Positions 27,180 through 37,500 of a DNA stretch of 64,000 nucleotides are shown in pieces (positions within the stretch are counted from its first letter, which is position 1; the number at the start of each line of letters is the position of its first letter). The notes below the pieces were generated by a model, which worked only from the letters and a program-made list of their open reading frames with translations, did not search any database and was not told the DNA's origin. Source of the DNA: Actinomycetes bacterium (GTDB lineage: Bacteria > Actinomycetota > Acidimicrobiia > Acidimicrobiales > JAMCPL01); NCBI GenBank assembly GCA_021846515.1, contig JAJZWU010000002.1, positions 40,033-104,032 of the forward strand, given 5' to 3'. A program made the position numbers and the translations under genes.

Positions 27180-29732
27180 TTATCGGCGTTTACTGTGGGC
27201 GCCATGCCTGCGCTTTTGATTGAAAAATACGCCCAATATGATGAGGGATACTACTCCAATAATTGCTGCAGCAATCCCCGCTGTAAAAGTAGATGGCCAG
27301 TAGGTGAACTCTACCGTACTCTTACCGGGAGGTAACCTGACCGAGAGCATGGTATATGCTGCTTTGTGTACCGTAGCCCCATGACCGTTTATTGTGGCGT
27401 GCCATCCAGGTACATAAGTTATCCGTGCGAGCAGGGCCGCCTTCTTGTGGGCATCTACATGGAGTTGTAGACTGTTGTTACTTATCCAACGTGAGGATGT
27501 TACTCTGCCATATCCGCTGGGTGGGTTCTCGGCCTCCTTTACAGTGCTTGATGTATGCGATATAGCTTTCGGGGATATCAAGCTGTATCGCTGGGAGTCA
27601 GGCACTTTATATATAGAAAAGTTCTTTTCTGCCAGAGATAGGGTAGTGCCTGTCGGAGGGCTGGCTCCCGGTAGTGCTAAAAGGTACTTGACACCATAGA
27701 GTCGAGCTAGGGATGCGCTGGAGAACCACGGATTGAAGACCCCAGGAGAGACTGACAAGCCAGATTTTTTGGAGTTGGTGACGTATTCCCACAGTGATAT
27801 GTAATTTTTTGGAATCATCGGGTCGTGAGCTCCAAGTAAATCCACCCCATAGGCGATGTTAGTTTCAGGTTCGAATCCGGTTCCGGGTATTGGGGTTGTG
27901 GGGTACCAGGTGGCTGCCATGCTTGGTGGCGGTGCTGCTGCAGCCATAAGGCTTCCACCGACCAGTTGTTTGACTTCCTTGGTGGAGGTACCTGAGGGGA
28001 AGAAGCGATGTGAATAGCTTGTCGATTGTATGGCTGTAGGCATCAGCACTATGCATTGTGCGAGCAGAACTGCGAAGAACATAGCGATTTGCCACAGATG
28101 CCCGACTGACGATAGACGACGTTTGTTCGCTGGGACCATGTATCGGCGATCACTTGAGACCATGTTCAGATCGTATGATCCTGCTCTATGAGACAGCACA
28201 AGCCATGCCAGTATAAATGTTGCTCCTATGGTCAGTGAGCCAAGCGACCATCCAAGCGAAGTCAGTCTGATATGGCGTTCCTGTGTGGTAAGGTTATTGG
28301 CCGCCTCTGCAGATATTATAAGGTAAGCAAACGCTCCAAGCATTATTCCTGCAGAGACAATAAATGCGCGCATCTCACTTTTTCCTGAATCTGGGGCAGT
28401 TATACGACTAAAGCCTATAGCTGCAAGAATAGCCAGCAAAAAGTCCAACGGCATCAGCAGCCGAGAAAATATGATGGCTCCGGATACGTGTAACATGTTT
28501 ATAAGTGCCTGTACCGGACCGTTTCTAAAGATAATCAGCCATAAGATCAATGCGGTGGTTGCAATTCCTCCTACAACAGGTCGTTTCCCCATTCTTATAA
28601 TAGCCACCAGAGCAAGTGCAATTGCCAGCGGACCCACCACAGCGCTCACCTCGTAGTAGTCCAGTGGTCCAAACCAATGGCTACCGGTTACCGGAAGTCC
28701 ATAATATCCGTTGGTCAACAGACCAGCGCTGGATGCGATAGGGAGCCCCCCGAATGCTCCTTTTATCAGGGACCGAGTAGAGGAAAATATGAGTTGCGTG
28801 GAGGGTAGTAGCATAGGCATCGCCAACATCACCCCTATTATCCCCCCTACCGCTATCTTGATGAGAGATGATTTTAGACGAGTATAGTCTATTTCGCCGG
28901 TGAATATCGAGAATCCGATAATCAGTATGGCCATTACTATGATAGTGAAGGCATCCAGAGCGTATGACTCAGGATGTCCTGCATAGGCAGCAAATGCTAT
29001 GGATACGGCAAGGCCTGATATGCTAAGCATGGGGCGTTTTGATTTATTTATCAGAACAATGAAACAGATGATCCAGCCCAACCAGGCATTGACATCTCCC
29101 TGCGGCCAGGCGATCCAATTTATAAGCGATCCAGAGAATTCATAGGTTACAGCTCCCACCAGCGCGCCTGCGCTATTAGCGCCAAGTGCTCTGGCTGCGC
29201 TGTATGCTCCGGTACCTGCTATAAGGAGGGAGATACTATTTGATACCGTATAACCCCATGAGGCTGGATATAAGTATGAGATGAGATGCGGCAGCGATAG
29301 TACCCCTGACTGAAAGTTAAACATCTGCGGCAGGCCAAGTAGGGAATATTGGTTCCAAAGCGGTAGCTGACCGATGTGGATTGTCTTCCAGTTTAGCAGT
29401 AGCCACGGGCTAATCTGTTGGAGATTATCGGTGCTCACCGAGTTGTGTATAGTTTTGAATAACCCGCTGGTCAGAGGGAATAGTGAAAGATCGCTCATTG
29501 AGCCATAGACAATTCCATGGCTAAGTGCCGGGTAAAAAAATATTAGTGTAATGACTGCAAGTATCGTTATTGCGAATACATCCCCCCCCATCCCGTCAGA
29601 TCGTCCACCTGCTTCAACCTTTACTTGGGTACGCCCTCTTGCTTGGGCGCTTCGAGCTAATGCAGTGCTTGAATAGGGATGAGCGGGATAGTATATATAT
29701 TGTTCTTTAACTGGCGTACTCCTATCCGGCAC
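27180..29732 (-). CDS. Large polytopic membrane protein, YfhO-like (putative glycan/lipid-linked sugar transferase)
   Basis: 850 aa with more than 10 predicted TM helices, a GQLPLWNQYSLLGLPQ motif reminiscent of the YfhO family, and a C-terminal extracytoplasmic domain plus a final TM. GTG start. Confidence 0.5.
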   Translation of the reverse strand: MPDRSTPVKEQYIYYPAHPYSSTALARSAQARGRTQVKVEAGGRSDGMGGDVFAITILAVITLIFFYPALSHGIVYGSMSDLSLFPLTSGLFKTIHNSVSTDNLQQISPWLLLNWKTIHIGQLPLWNQYSLLGLPQMFNFQSGVLSLPHLISYLYPASWGYTVSNSISLLIAGTGAYSAARALGANSAGALVGAVTYEFSGSLINWIAWPQGDVNAWLGWIICFIVLINKSKRPMLSISGLAVSIAFAAYAGHPESYALDAFTIIVMAILIIGFSIFTGEIDYTRLKSSLIKIAVGGIIGVMLAMPMLLPSTQLIFSSTRSLIKGAFGGLPIASSAGLLTNGYYGLPVTGSHWFGPLDYYEVSAVVGPLAIALALVAIIRMGKRPVVGGIATTALILWLIIFRNGPVQALINMLHVSGAIIFSRLLMPLDFLLAILAAIGFSRITAPDSGKSEMRAFIVSAGIMLGAFAYLIISAEAANNLTTQERHIRLTSLGWSLGSLTIGATFILAWLVLSHRAGSYDLNMVSSDRRYMVPANKRRLSSVGHLWQIAMFFAVLLAQCIVLMPTAIQSTSYSHRFFPSGTSTKEVKQLVGGSLMAAAAPPPSMAATWYPTTPIPGTGFEPETNIAYGVDLLGAHDPMIPKNYISLWEYVTNSKKSGLSVSPGVFNPWFSSASLARLYGVKYLLALPGASPPTGTTLSLAEKNFSIYKVPDSQRYSLISPKAISHTSSTVKEAENPPSGYGRVTSSRWISNNSLQLHVDAHKKAALLARITYVPGWHATINGHGATVHKAAYTMLSVRLPPGKSTVEFTYWPSTFTAGIAAAIIGVVSLIILGVFFNQKRRHGAHSKRR

Positions 29733-29804
29733 ATAATCATACTACTACTGCTCAGTTTGTTATAGAGGTATATTGATTTGGCTTGCAACTACCTAAGCTA
29801 TGTC

Positions 29805-31523
29805 CTATTGACCGACCTGTATGTATGGTGTATGTGGTTGCACTGGGAACATAGTGTCCATGGCTGTGCGTGCGTGGTAGCTTGACCTGGTAAGTGGTGA
29901 TGCTTGGACATAGGAGAAGCCAATTTCATTGGCGATTGATTCCAATCGTGAAAATTCGTCTGGTGTCCACCATCGTTGTACGGGTAGTTTATCTGGAGAT
30001 GGCCTTAAATACTGCCCTACAGTAAGTACCATGGTTCCAACAGATTTCAGGTCATACATGGTTTGTATGAGTTCATCCTCAGTTTCCCCAAGTCCTACCA
30101 TAATGCCGGATTTTACCGCCAGATGCGCTTGAGCCGCTTTGGCCAATACAGCCAGGCTGCGGGCATATCCGGCTTGAGGGCGTACCAATCTCTGCAACCT
30201 TGCTACGGTTTCTATATTATGGTTCAGCACATCCGGTTGGGCATCGAATATTGTATCGAGAGAGCTGGCATCTCCTTTGCAGTCGGAGATGAGAAGTTCT
30301 ATTGTAGTCCCGGGCGATATGCCGCGTATTTTCTTTACCGTACTTGCCAATGCATGGCTTCCTCCGTCACCCAGATCGTCTCTGGCTACTGTAGTGATTA
30401 CGGCATGTGCCAGTTGCATGCGTATGACAGCCTGCGCGATCCTGTCCGGTTCATCGGGGTCAAGAGAGTATGGCTTGCTGGTGTCGATCAGGCAGAATCC
30501 ACAATTTCTCGTACAGCGTTCGCCGTTTATCATAAAGGTTGCAGTGGAATTGGCATAGCACTCAAATATATTGGGGCATCCTGCCTCTTCGCATACCGTC
30601 ACCAGTTGAAGGTCCCTGATAGTTCTGCGGGTTGCATGAAAGCCGATACCCATTCTCATCTGTGGCCTGATCCACTCTGGCTTACGCTGCACGGGAATCT
30701 TCATTCGTTCCACTCTGCTTCTTGGAAGAGCTGTGGTAATAGTAGCATCGGTGCGCTGTTGTGATGTATCAGTGGTCCGGTGTGGCATCGCAGTGAGTTG
30801 TTGCAATGCTCCAACATGTCTTAGTGCGGAAAAGTCAGTGTGTGTGTCTGAGATGCCGGCAAAGTCTATTGTCGATATGTATCCAGGGTATAGCTCTTTT
30901 GCATGAGCAGTTGCCAGTTCCAGCACGTCACTTATTTCTACCCGGATACCCTCTTCGGCAAGCGAAGTCATGGTGACATCATTTATGCCACACGGGACAA
31001 TCCTATCAAAATAGGATAGATCAGTTGTCACGTTCAGGGCCAGACCATGCATGGTTCGCCCTCGAGATACCCTTACTCCTATGGAGCATATTTTACGTGG
31101 GGCATTCCCAGATTTTACCCAGACGCCAGGGTAGCCATCCATGGTGGTAGCGTCGAGCCCAAGGTCGTGAAGGACAGAAATTATATATTGTTCTATCTTC
31201 CTTACATGAGCCGGTCCCGCTCCCGGTCCAGCCAGAGAGAGTATTGGATAGACAATCAGCTGCCCGGGCCCATGGTAGGTGATGTCTCCGCCTCTGTCTG
31301 TCCTGACCAGAGCTGCCCCCAGATCGTCTGTCGACCCAAGTATATTTGAGATCTTTCCATGCGCTCCCATGGTGTATATGTGTGGATGCTCCATCATTAG
31401 AAGATATTGTTCTGAAGATCCGCGCGCTATAGCTCTTTGAAGCCATAAGCCCTGCTCGAATGGGACACGTCCCAGCCAGCGCAGACGTAGCACGCTTGGA
31501 TTAGATTTCTGTGATGAAATCAT
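29805..31523 (-). CDS. lipB/lipA: Fused octanoyltransferase LipB / lipoyl synthase LipA
   Basis: Single 572-aa ORF. The N-terminal half carries LipB motifs (DRGGDITYHGPGQLIVYPIL, KICSIGV). The C-terminal half carries the LipA radical-SAM motifs (CEEAGCPN, CTRNCGFC). Confidence 0.8.
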   Translation of the reverse strand: MISSQKSNPSVLRLRWLGRVPFEQGLWLQRAIARGSSEQYLLMMEHPHIYTMGAHGKISNILGSTDDLGAALVRTDRGGDITYHGPGQLIVYPILSLAGPGAGPAHVRKIEQYIISVLHDLGLDATTMDGYPGVWVKSGNAPRKICSIGVRVSRGRTMHGLALNVTTDLSYFDRIVPCGINDVTMTSLAEEGIRVEISDVLELATAHAKELYPGYISTIDFAGISDTHTDFSALRHVGALQQLTAMPHRTTDTSQQRTDATITTALPRSRVERMKIPVQRKPEWIRPQMRMGIGFHATRRTIRDLQLVTVCEEAGCPNIFECYANSTATFMINGERCTRNCGFCLIDTSKPYSLDPDEPDRIAQAVIRMQLAHAVITTVARDDLGDGGSHALASTVKKIRGISPGTTIELLISDCKGDASSLDTIFDAQPDVLNHNIETVARLQRLVRPQAGYARSLAVLAKAAQAHLAVKSGIMVGLGETEDELIQTMYDLKSVGTMVLTVGQYLRPSPDKLPVQRWWTPDEFSRLESIANEIGFSYVQASPLTRSSYHARTAMDTMFPVQPHTPYIQVGQ

Positions 31524-33024
31524 GGGTTGCCAGGATTGATGCCATAGTAGACAGGAATGCCGCTACGTATGCTCCGTCTACTGCACGATGATCAAACGAC
31601 ATGGCGAGTACGCCCACCGAATGTATTGCTATGCTCTCAGCTCCGAATGAGTCTGTGACGACGACCGGTTTGCGTTTTACTCCGTCGGTTGACAGTATGG
31701 CAACTTGGGGTTGGTTGATGATAGCTACGGTCATTAAGGTTCCGTAATGCCCTGCGTTGGTAATTGAAAAAGTTCCTCCGCTGATATCGTCTGCAGCCAA
31801 CTGTCGTGTACGTGCCCTCGTCGCCAGGTCGTGTATGCGTCTGGCCATGCCGCGCAGTGTGAGGTCATCTGCTCTGTGCACTACCGGCACAATGAGACCC
31901 TCATGGTTTATATCTACCGCAATACCGAGATTGATTTTATGATGAACTACCAGAGAATCATCTACAACTGATGCATTAAGTCTCGGCCATTGTTTCAGTG
32001 CTTCTACTGCTGCACGGGCAGCAAATGGCAGATAGGAAAGAGTGTATCCCTCCTCGGCGCGGAAACGCTCCCCATATAGATGCCTTACCTGCTCAACGGC
32101 TTCATAGTCCGCTTCCATGGAGATCAGCGTATGGGGCGAGGTTGCCTTTGACATAACCATATGCTCTGCCGTCCTACGCCTGATGTTGTCGAATGGTATT
32201 ATCTCGTCAGATCCTGCCAAGGGGGTCACTGTTTCCTGCGACCTCAGTGATAGAGGTTCTGTCTGTAGCTGTTGTGTACGTAGGGTCTGTGGCTGCGTGT
32301 ACTCTGGCAGGCCTTGTTGCTTTTCTGGGCTTGGCGGTTCTGCCTGCCATGCCTGTAGGCGGCTATCCTGCCCTGCTTGCCCTGGTAGACCTTCCGGCAG
32401 ATGGCCCTTCTGCCTTACTTGCGCCTTGGAGGCGAGGACATCTTCTCGCGTAATCCTCCCACCGGTACCGGTAGGGATAACCTTAGAGGGATCTATCCCT
32501 TGTTCGGCTATCATGCGACGCACCAATGGAGAGGTGAGCGTGCCATTTAATGTAGCGCTGCCACTCTCTGGGTCGTTGTTACTGCTTAAGCTGGCATCGA
32601 GAGAACTCGAAGTCTGGCTGATCGAATCATTTACTCCCACTGCAGGTCTGTCGATTTGTGGCGGTACTGGGCTGTCGGATCGTGGAATTATGGGGGTATT
32701 GACTTGCAGTGCGATAGGGTCAGGAGTTTCGATTTGTGGCGGTAGGGGGCTGCTAGATTGCAGTGGAGCAGAACTGGCATCTTGTGATGATAGTGGCACC
32801 ACTCCGTCTACAGAGATAACTGCCAGCTGAGTTCCTACGAAAACAGTATCTCCTTCCTGCACGAGGATCTGGGTAAGAATGCCAGAAGCTGGCGACGGCA
32901 CCTCAGAGTCAACTTTATCGGTAGATATTTCGAATAAGGGCTCATCCCTGATTACCTCTTCGCCGACCGACTTGAGCCAACGAGTAATAGTTCCTTCAGT
33001 GACTGTCTCACCAAGTTGTGGCAT
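31501..33024 (-). CDS. Dihydrolipoamide acyltransferase (E2 of a 2-oxoacid dehydrogenase complex)
   Basis: Lipoyl domain (MPQLGETVTEGTI...ISTDKVDSEV), long P/S/Q-rich linkers, PSBD (SPLVRRMIAEQGID) and catalytic DHRAVDG. ATG 33024 is preferred over TTG 33048. Confidence 0.85.
   Translation of the reverse strand: MPQLGETVTEGTITRWLKSVGEEVIRDEPLFEISTDKVDSEVPSPASGILTQILVQEGDTVFVGTQLAVISVDGVVPLSSQDASSAPLQSSSPLPPQIETPDPIALQVNTPIIPRSDSPVPPQIDRPAVGVNDSISQTSSSLDASLSSNNDPESGSATLNGTLTSPLVRRMIAEQGIDPSKVIPTGTGGRITREDVLASKAQVRQKGHLPEGLPGQAGQDSRLQAWQAEPPSPEKQQGLPEYTQPQTLRTQQLQTEPLSLRSQETVTPLAGSDEIIPFDNIRRRTAEHMVMSKATSPHTLISMEADYEAVEQVRHLYGERFRAEEGYTLSYLPFAARAAVEALKQWPRLNASVVDDSLVVHHKINLGIAVDINHEGLIVPVVHRADDLTLRGMARRIHDLATRARTRQLAADDISGGTFSITNAGHYGTLMTVAIINQPQVAILSTDGVKRKPVVVTDSFGAESIAIHSVGVLAMSFDHRAVDGAYVAAFLSTMASILATHDFITEI
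32651..32744. repeat. In-frame 78-nt (26-codon) duplication in the E2 linker
   Basis: TCGATTTGTGGCGGTA is exact at 32651-32666 and 32729-32744. It encodes PLPPQIE / PVPPQID on the minus strand. Confidence 0.8.
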
Positions 33025-33040
33025 TTCAACATTAATAGTA

Positions 33041-34495
33041 CTAGGCAACGTGTAGACTCCTTCCTGTTAGTGCAATTGCTACTTCTCCAAATGCTTCACT
33101 CAGTGTGGGGTGTGGTTGGATCAATCCGGCAAAATCATCTGGCGTTGCCTCCCAGTTCACGGCCAGATACCCAGGTGACAAGAGTTCGGTAGCCCAAGGG
33201 CCAATAATATGGACACCAAGAATCCTGCCTGCATGCCCATTGCTGTCAACCTCAGCAATTACCTTTACCATTCCCTCCGTTTCGCCCAGCACCCTGGCTC
33301 TGGAGTTACCGCCAAATGGGTCCTTACGCACTATTACGTTATAGCCAGCTTGTTTGGCTTGCTCTTCGGTCATACCCGCAAAGGCGACCTCCGGGTGAGT
33401 GTATATACCCCACGGTACTTTGCCGTACTCCAGGGAAAGTGGATTCTCACCCAGTATGTGCTTGATTACCTGTATGCCTTCTGAAAAACCGACATGAGCC
33501 AGTTGGGGGGTATTAATTACATCTCCTATTGCCCATATACCGTCAGCGGTTGTCTGGAGCTTATCATTGACTACGATAAATCCTCTTTCGTCGATCTTTA
33601 CGTTCGCTTCCTCGGATAGGGCGTCTCCTGCCAGTGGCCTGCGCCCGACTGACACTACAACCATCTCTACAGATATGGATTCGCCGTTTCCAAGTAGTAA
33701 TGTGACTTCATTTTCACGAACCTCATGGCCGGTTATCTGCATATCGGTATGCACCTTGATGCCTTTTTTCTTGAAGGATCTGGTCAGTGCACTCGATATA
33801 TCGTCATCACACCCGGCAAGCAACCTGGGTAATGCTTCCAGCACCGTTACCTGTGCCCCTATGTCATGAAAAAACGACGCGAATTCACATCCAATAGCCC
33901 CTCCTCCCACAACTGCTACCGATGTCGGCACATGATCCAGATTAAGTACTTCATCGGATGTGACTATAGTTTTACCATTTATTTTCATATTTGGCAGAGT
34001 CTTGGGTGCAGAGCCGGTCGCCAGGATAACGTTGTCTGCAGAGATAACCCTCTCCTCGCCGGTATCTGTATGTACCTGTAGTCGTTTTCCGGAGATCAGC
34101 TTGCCGGTACCGTTTACTACAGAGACATGTCTCCCCTTCATGAGCCCTGACAGCCCTTTGTGGAGCTGGTCTATCACGCTGGACTTGCGTTGTTGCATGG
34201 CGATCATATCCAAAGTGGGAGAGTTGTTCGTCAGTACGCCAAATTCTACGGCGGATTTGCAGGTTCTCAGTATCGTAGCCGTCTCCAGTAACTCTTTTGC
34301 CGGGACACACCCCTGATGAAGGCAGGTGCCACCAACTTTATTACGTTCTACGACTGTAATGTTTAGCCCACATGATGCACCGTAAAGTGCAGCTGCATAA
34401 CCTGCGGGTCCGCCTCCCAATATGGCTATATCTACATGGGTGTTGCCTGAATATGTCGAGTATTGTTCGGTTTCGTGCCTGGTGTTATCGCTCAT
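33041..34495 (-). CDS. lpd: Dihydrolipoyl dehydrogenase (E3)
   Basis: 484 aa with GGGPAGY, the redox-active GGTCLHQGCVPAK motif, and the C-terminal HPTLSE. Confidence 0.9.
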   Translation of the reverse strand: MSDNTRHETEQYSTYSGNTHVDIAILGGGPAGYAAALYGASCGLNITVVERNKVGGTCLHQGCVPAKELLETATILRTCKSAVEFGVLTNNSPTLDMIAMQQRKSSVIDQLHKGLSGLMKGRHVSVVNGTGKLISGKRLQVHTDTGEERVISADNVILATGSAPKTLPNMKINGKTIVTSDEVLNLDHVPTSVAVVGGGAIGCEFASFFHDIGAQVTVLEALPRLLAGCDDDISSALTRSFKKKGIKVHTDMQITGHEVRENEVTLLLGNGESISVEMVVVSVGRRPLAGDALSEEANVKIDERGFIVVNDKLQTTADGIWAIGDVINTPQLAHVGFSEGIQVIKHILGENPLSLEYGKVPWGIYTHPEVAFAGMTEEQAKQAGYNVIVRKDPFGGNSRARVLGETEGMVKVIAEVDSNGHAGRILGVHIIGPWATELLSPGYLAVNWEATPDDFAGLIQPHPTLSEAFGEVAIALTGRSLHVA

Positions 34496-34585
34496 TCAAT
34501 ACAGTCTAGTCTAATCGGCTAAGCGGCAGTCATGACAAATGTCGGTGTACATTATTTTGGGGACGTACGGGAGACGTCGGGAGGC

Positions 34586-37500
34586 TTAGGCAATAAAGTA
34601 TTTTGCTTGAGGATGATGGCATACGATGGCAACGGTGGTCTGTTCTGGATGGAGTTGGTCAGACTCACTTATGGATACTCCGATCCTCTGTCCACCCAAT
34701 AGCGAAACTGCCTTGGCGTTGTCTTCTAAATTGGGGCACGCAGGATACCCCCAGGAGTACCTGCCACCACGATATTGTTGTTTGAACAGGCCGGCCAAGG
34801 TGGGGCCATCTTCATCTCCAAATCCCCATTCGTCTCTAATGCGTTTATGCCACAACTCTGCCATCGCTTCAGTGAGTTCTACTCCCAGCCCATGTAGCCT
34901 TACGTAGTCATTGTAATTATTGCCGGCGAAGAGATCTGCCGTCTCTTCTGAGACAACCGGCCCCATAGTAACCAGTTGAAAGGCAGCATAGTCCAGATCT
35001 CCGGAGTCTACGGAGCGGAAGAAATCGGCTATACATAAGTAGGGCTCCTTCTTCTGCCTGGGGAATTCAAATCGGGTAAGTTCCTTATTGCATGATTCAT
35101 CACTATAAATTATAAGGGTGTTTCCCTCTGAATTGGCTGGGAGGTACCCCCAAGCAGCCTGGGGTAAAAGGATGTCTTTTAGCCTGATCTTTTGTATTTC
35201 TTCGCGTAGTATGGCATCTACTCTTTTCTTGAACTCCTGATCGTTCTCTCCATCCTCTGGGCGGAAGCCCCACTGGTTACGATATAGAGAGGTTTTGTTC
35301 AAATAGGGCAAGAAATCATCCAAGGGAACTCCCTTGGCTATCCTAGTTCCAATGAATGGCGGCTTGAACACCCGTTCTTCTGGAGATACATTGGATTTAC
35401 CGGAGTTGGTAGACGATACGCCGCTATCTGCATCTCCTTTTAGTGAACTTTTTCTGGTCGGCATTCGTCTGGTCGATATCTTCCTCCCAAAGTCATCGCC
35501 TAAATCATCTTCTGGAGTTCCGTCTCGTAGCGATGCCAATTTATCCATTACATGTAAGCCCTCGAATGCATCCTTCCCGTAAAACACGCGTCCCTTGTAG
35601 ACCTGTCGCAAGTCAGATTCCACATATGTCCGAGTCAGGGCAGCCCCTCCAAGTATGACTGGTATATGTTCGAGATTTCTGGAGTTCAACTCTTCCAAAT
35701 TATCTCGCATAACGAGTGTAGATTTTACAAGCAGGCCGCTCATGCCAATGGCATCTGCATTATGCTCGTTATACGCATTGATCATTTCTGATGCAGATAC
35801 TTTGGTCCCCAGGTTTATCACCTTGTATCCATTGTTCGACAGGATGATGTCTACCAGGTTCTTTCCTATGTCATGTACGTCGCCCTTCACTGTGGCAAGT
35901 ACGATCCTGCCTTTGCCTGATTCTCCGATGCGGGGCATCTTCGGTTCCAGGTGGGTAACTGCACGCTTCATCGTTTCAGCTGATTGCAGGACAAACGGCA
36001 ACTGCATCTTTCCGGCGCCAAATAGATCGCCCACCTCTTTCATGCCCGCCAATAGGTGGTCGTTTATTATTTCAAGGGGTTGCAGCCCTTCTGCCATAGC
36101 TCGTTCCAGATCATTTTCCAGGCCGTCTTTATCGCCCTCTATGATCCTCATGCGTAACAATTCTGTCACAGGCCAGTCTGATCGGTCTTCTTTCTGGGCA
36201 TTGCTGGCAGTAACGTTTTCAAACATCTGGATAAGGGTTGGCAGTGGATCGTAGTCCTCTCTGCGGCGGTCATATATGAGATCCAGGCAGACCTGTTGCG
36301 CCTTTTCATCTATCCTCGACAAAGGGAGTATATTGCCTGCATGTACTATGGCTGCGTCCAGTCCCGCCTTCAGGCATTCATCCAGGAAGATCGAGTTCAG
36401 GATATGGCGAGACGCAGGATTGAGCCCAAAGGATATATTGGATAGGCCAATAATCGTATATACTTCGGGGATACGTTCCTTGATTAGCTTTATTGCATCT
36501 ATGGTTTCCAGGCCATCCCTATAGGATTCTTCCATGCCGGTACTGATAGGCATTGTAAGGGGATCTATCATGATATCGGACGGATGTATTCCGTAGCGAT
36601 TTTTGGCCAATGAGACGATCTGCTCTGCCGCATCCAGTTTCCACTCAGCTGTTCTGGCCTGCCCTCTTTGATCGATACAGGTGGCAACTATAGCGGTACC
36701 ATATTCTCTGGATAAGTTCAGAAACTTGTCCAGCCTGGTACCCGGTCCATCACCGTCTTCCAAATTGACGGAGTTCAGGATTGCCTTCCCCCCCAGCCAC
36801 TCGAGAGCAGTGCGTGCTACGTCCGCTTCGGTAGTATCCACCATGATTGGGACGGTGCATTGAGTGGCAAGCCTGCTTATGACCTCTTCCATGTCTATGG
36901 TACCGTCCCTACCGGTGTAATCAACGCATACATCTATGACATGAGCTCCACTGGTTACCTGTTCGCTCGCCATGGCCGTGACGGCATCCCAGTTGGAATC
37001 CACCATTGCCTCCCGGAACTTTTTGGATCCGTTTGCATTGGTGCGTTCCCCTACGCTCAAAAATGAGGTTTCCTGATGAAATGTCGTGTGAGAATAGAGA
37101 GAGGATGCGCCGGGTTCTGCTACCGGGCGCCTTGTGGCTGGAGATATGTTGCGACACGTTTTGACTACTTCTGCAAGATGGTCAAAGGTAGTGCCACAAC
37201 AGCCACCTATTATAGATATTCCCAATTCCTGTACGAAATATAGGTGATGTGATGCCAGCTGCTCGGGAGTTAGATCGTAGTGCATTTTTCCGTCCACGAT
37301 GCTTGGGAGCCCTGCGTTTGGCTGCACGGAAATAGGCACTGTACTATGTTGCGATAGGTATCTCAAATGTTCCCCCATCTCTTCTGGGCCTGTCGCGCAG
37401 TTCATCCCTATGACATCCGGCCTTAGCGCCTCCAGTGAATTGAGCGCTGCTGATATCTCGGTCCCTGCCAACATCCTCCCGGTTGATTCAACGGTAACCT

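Noticed and set aside
27868-27878. GGTTCGAATCC, a tRNA T-arm-like 11-mer.
   Set aside because: It lies inside the YfhO-like CDS, and no acceptor, anticodon or D arms can be drawn around it.
32117-32830. A 237-aa plus-strand ORF, together with similar long antisense ORFs at 30063-30764, 15010-15543, 2487-3044, 53546-54205, 35655-36254 and 54449-54961.
   Set aside because: All are shadows on the opposite strand of strongly supported genes, with low-complexity or Cys/Arg/Ser-rich translations.
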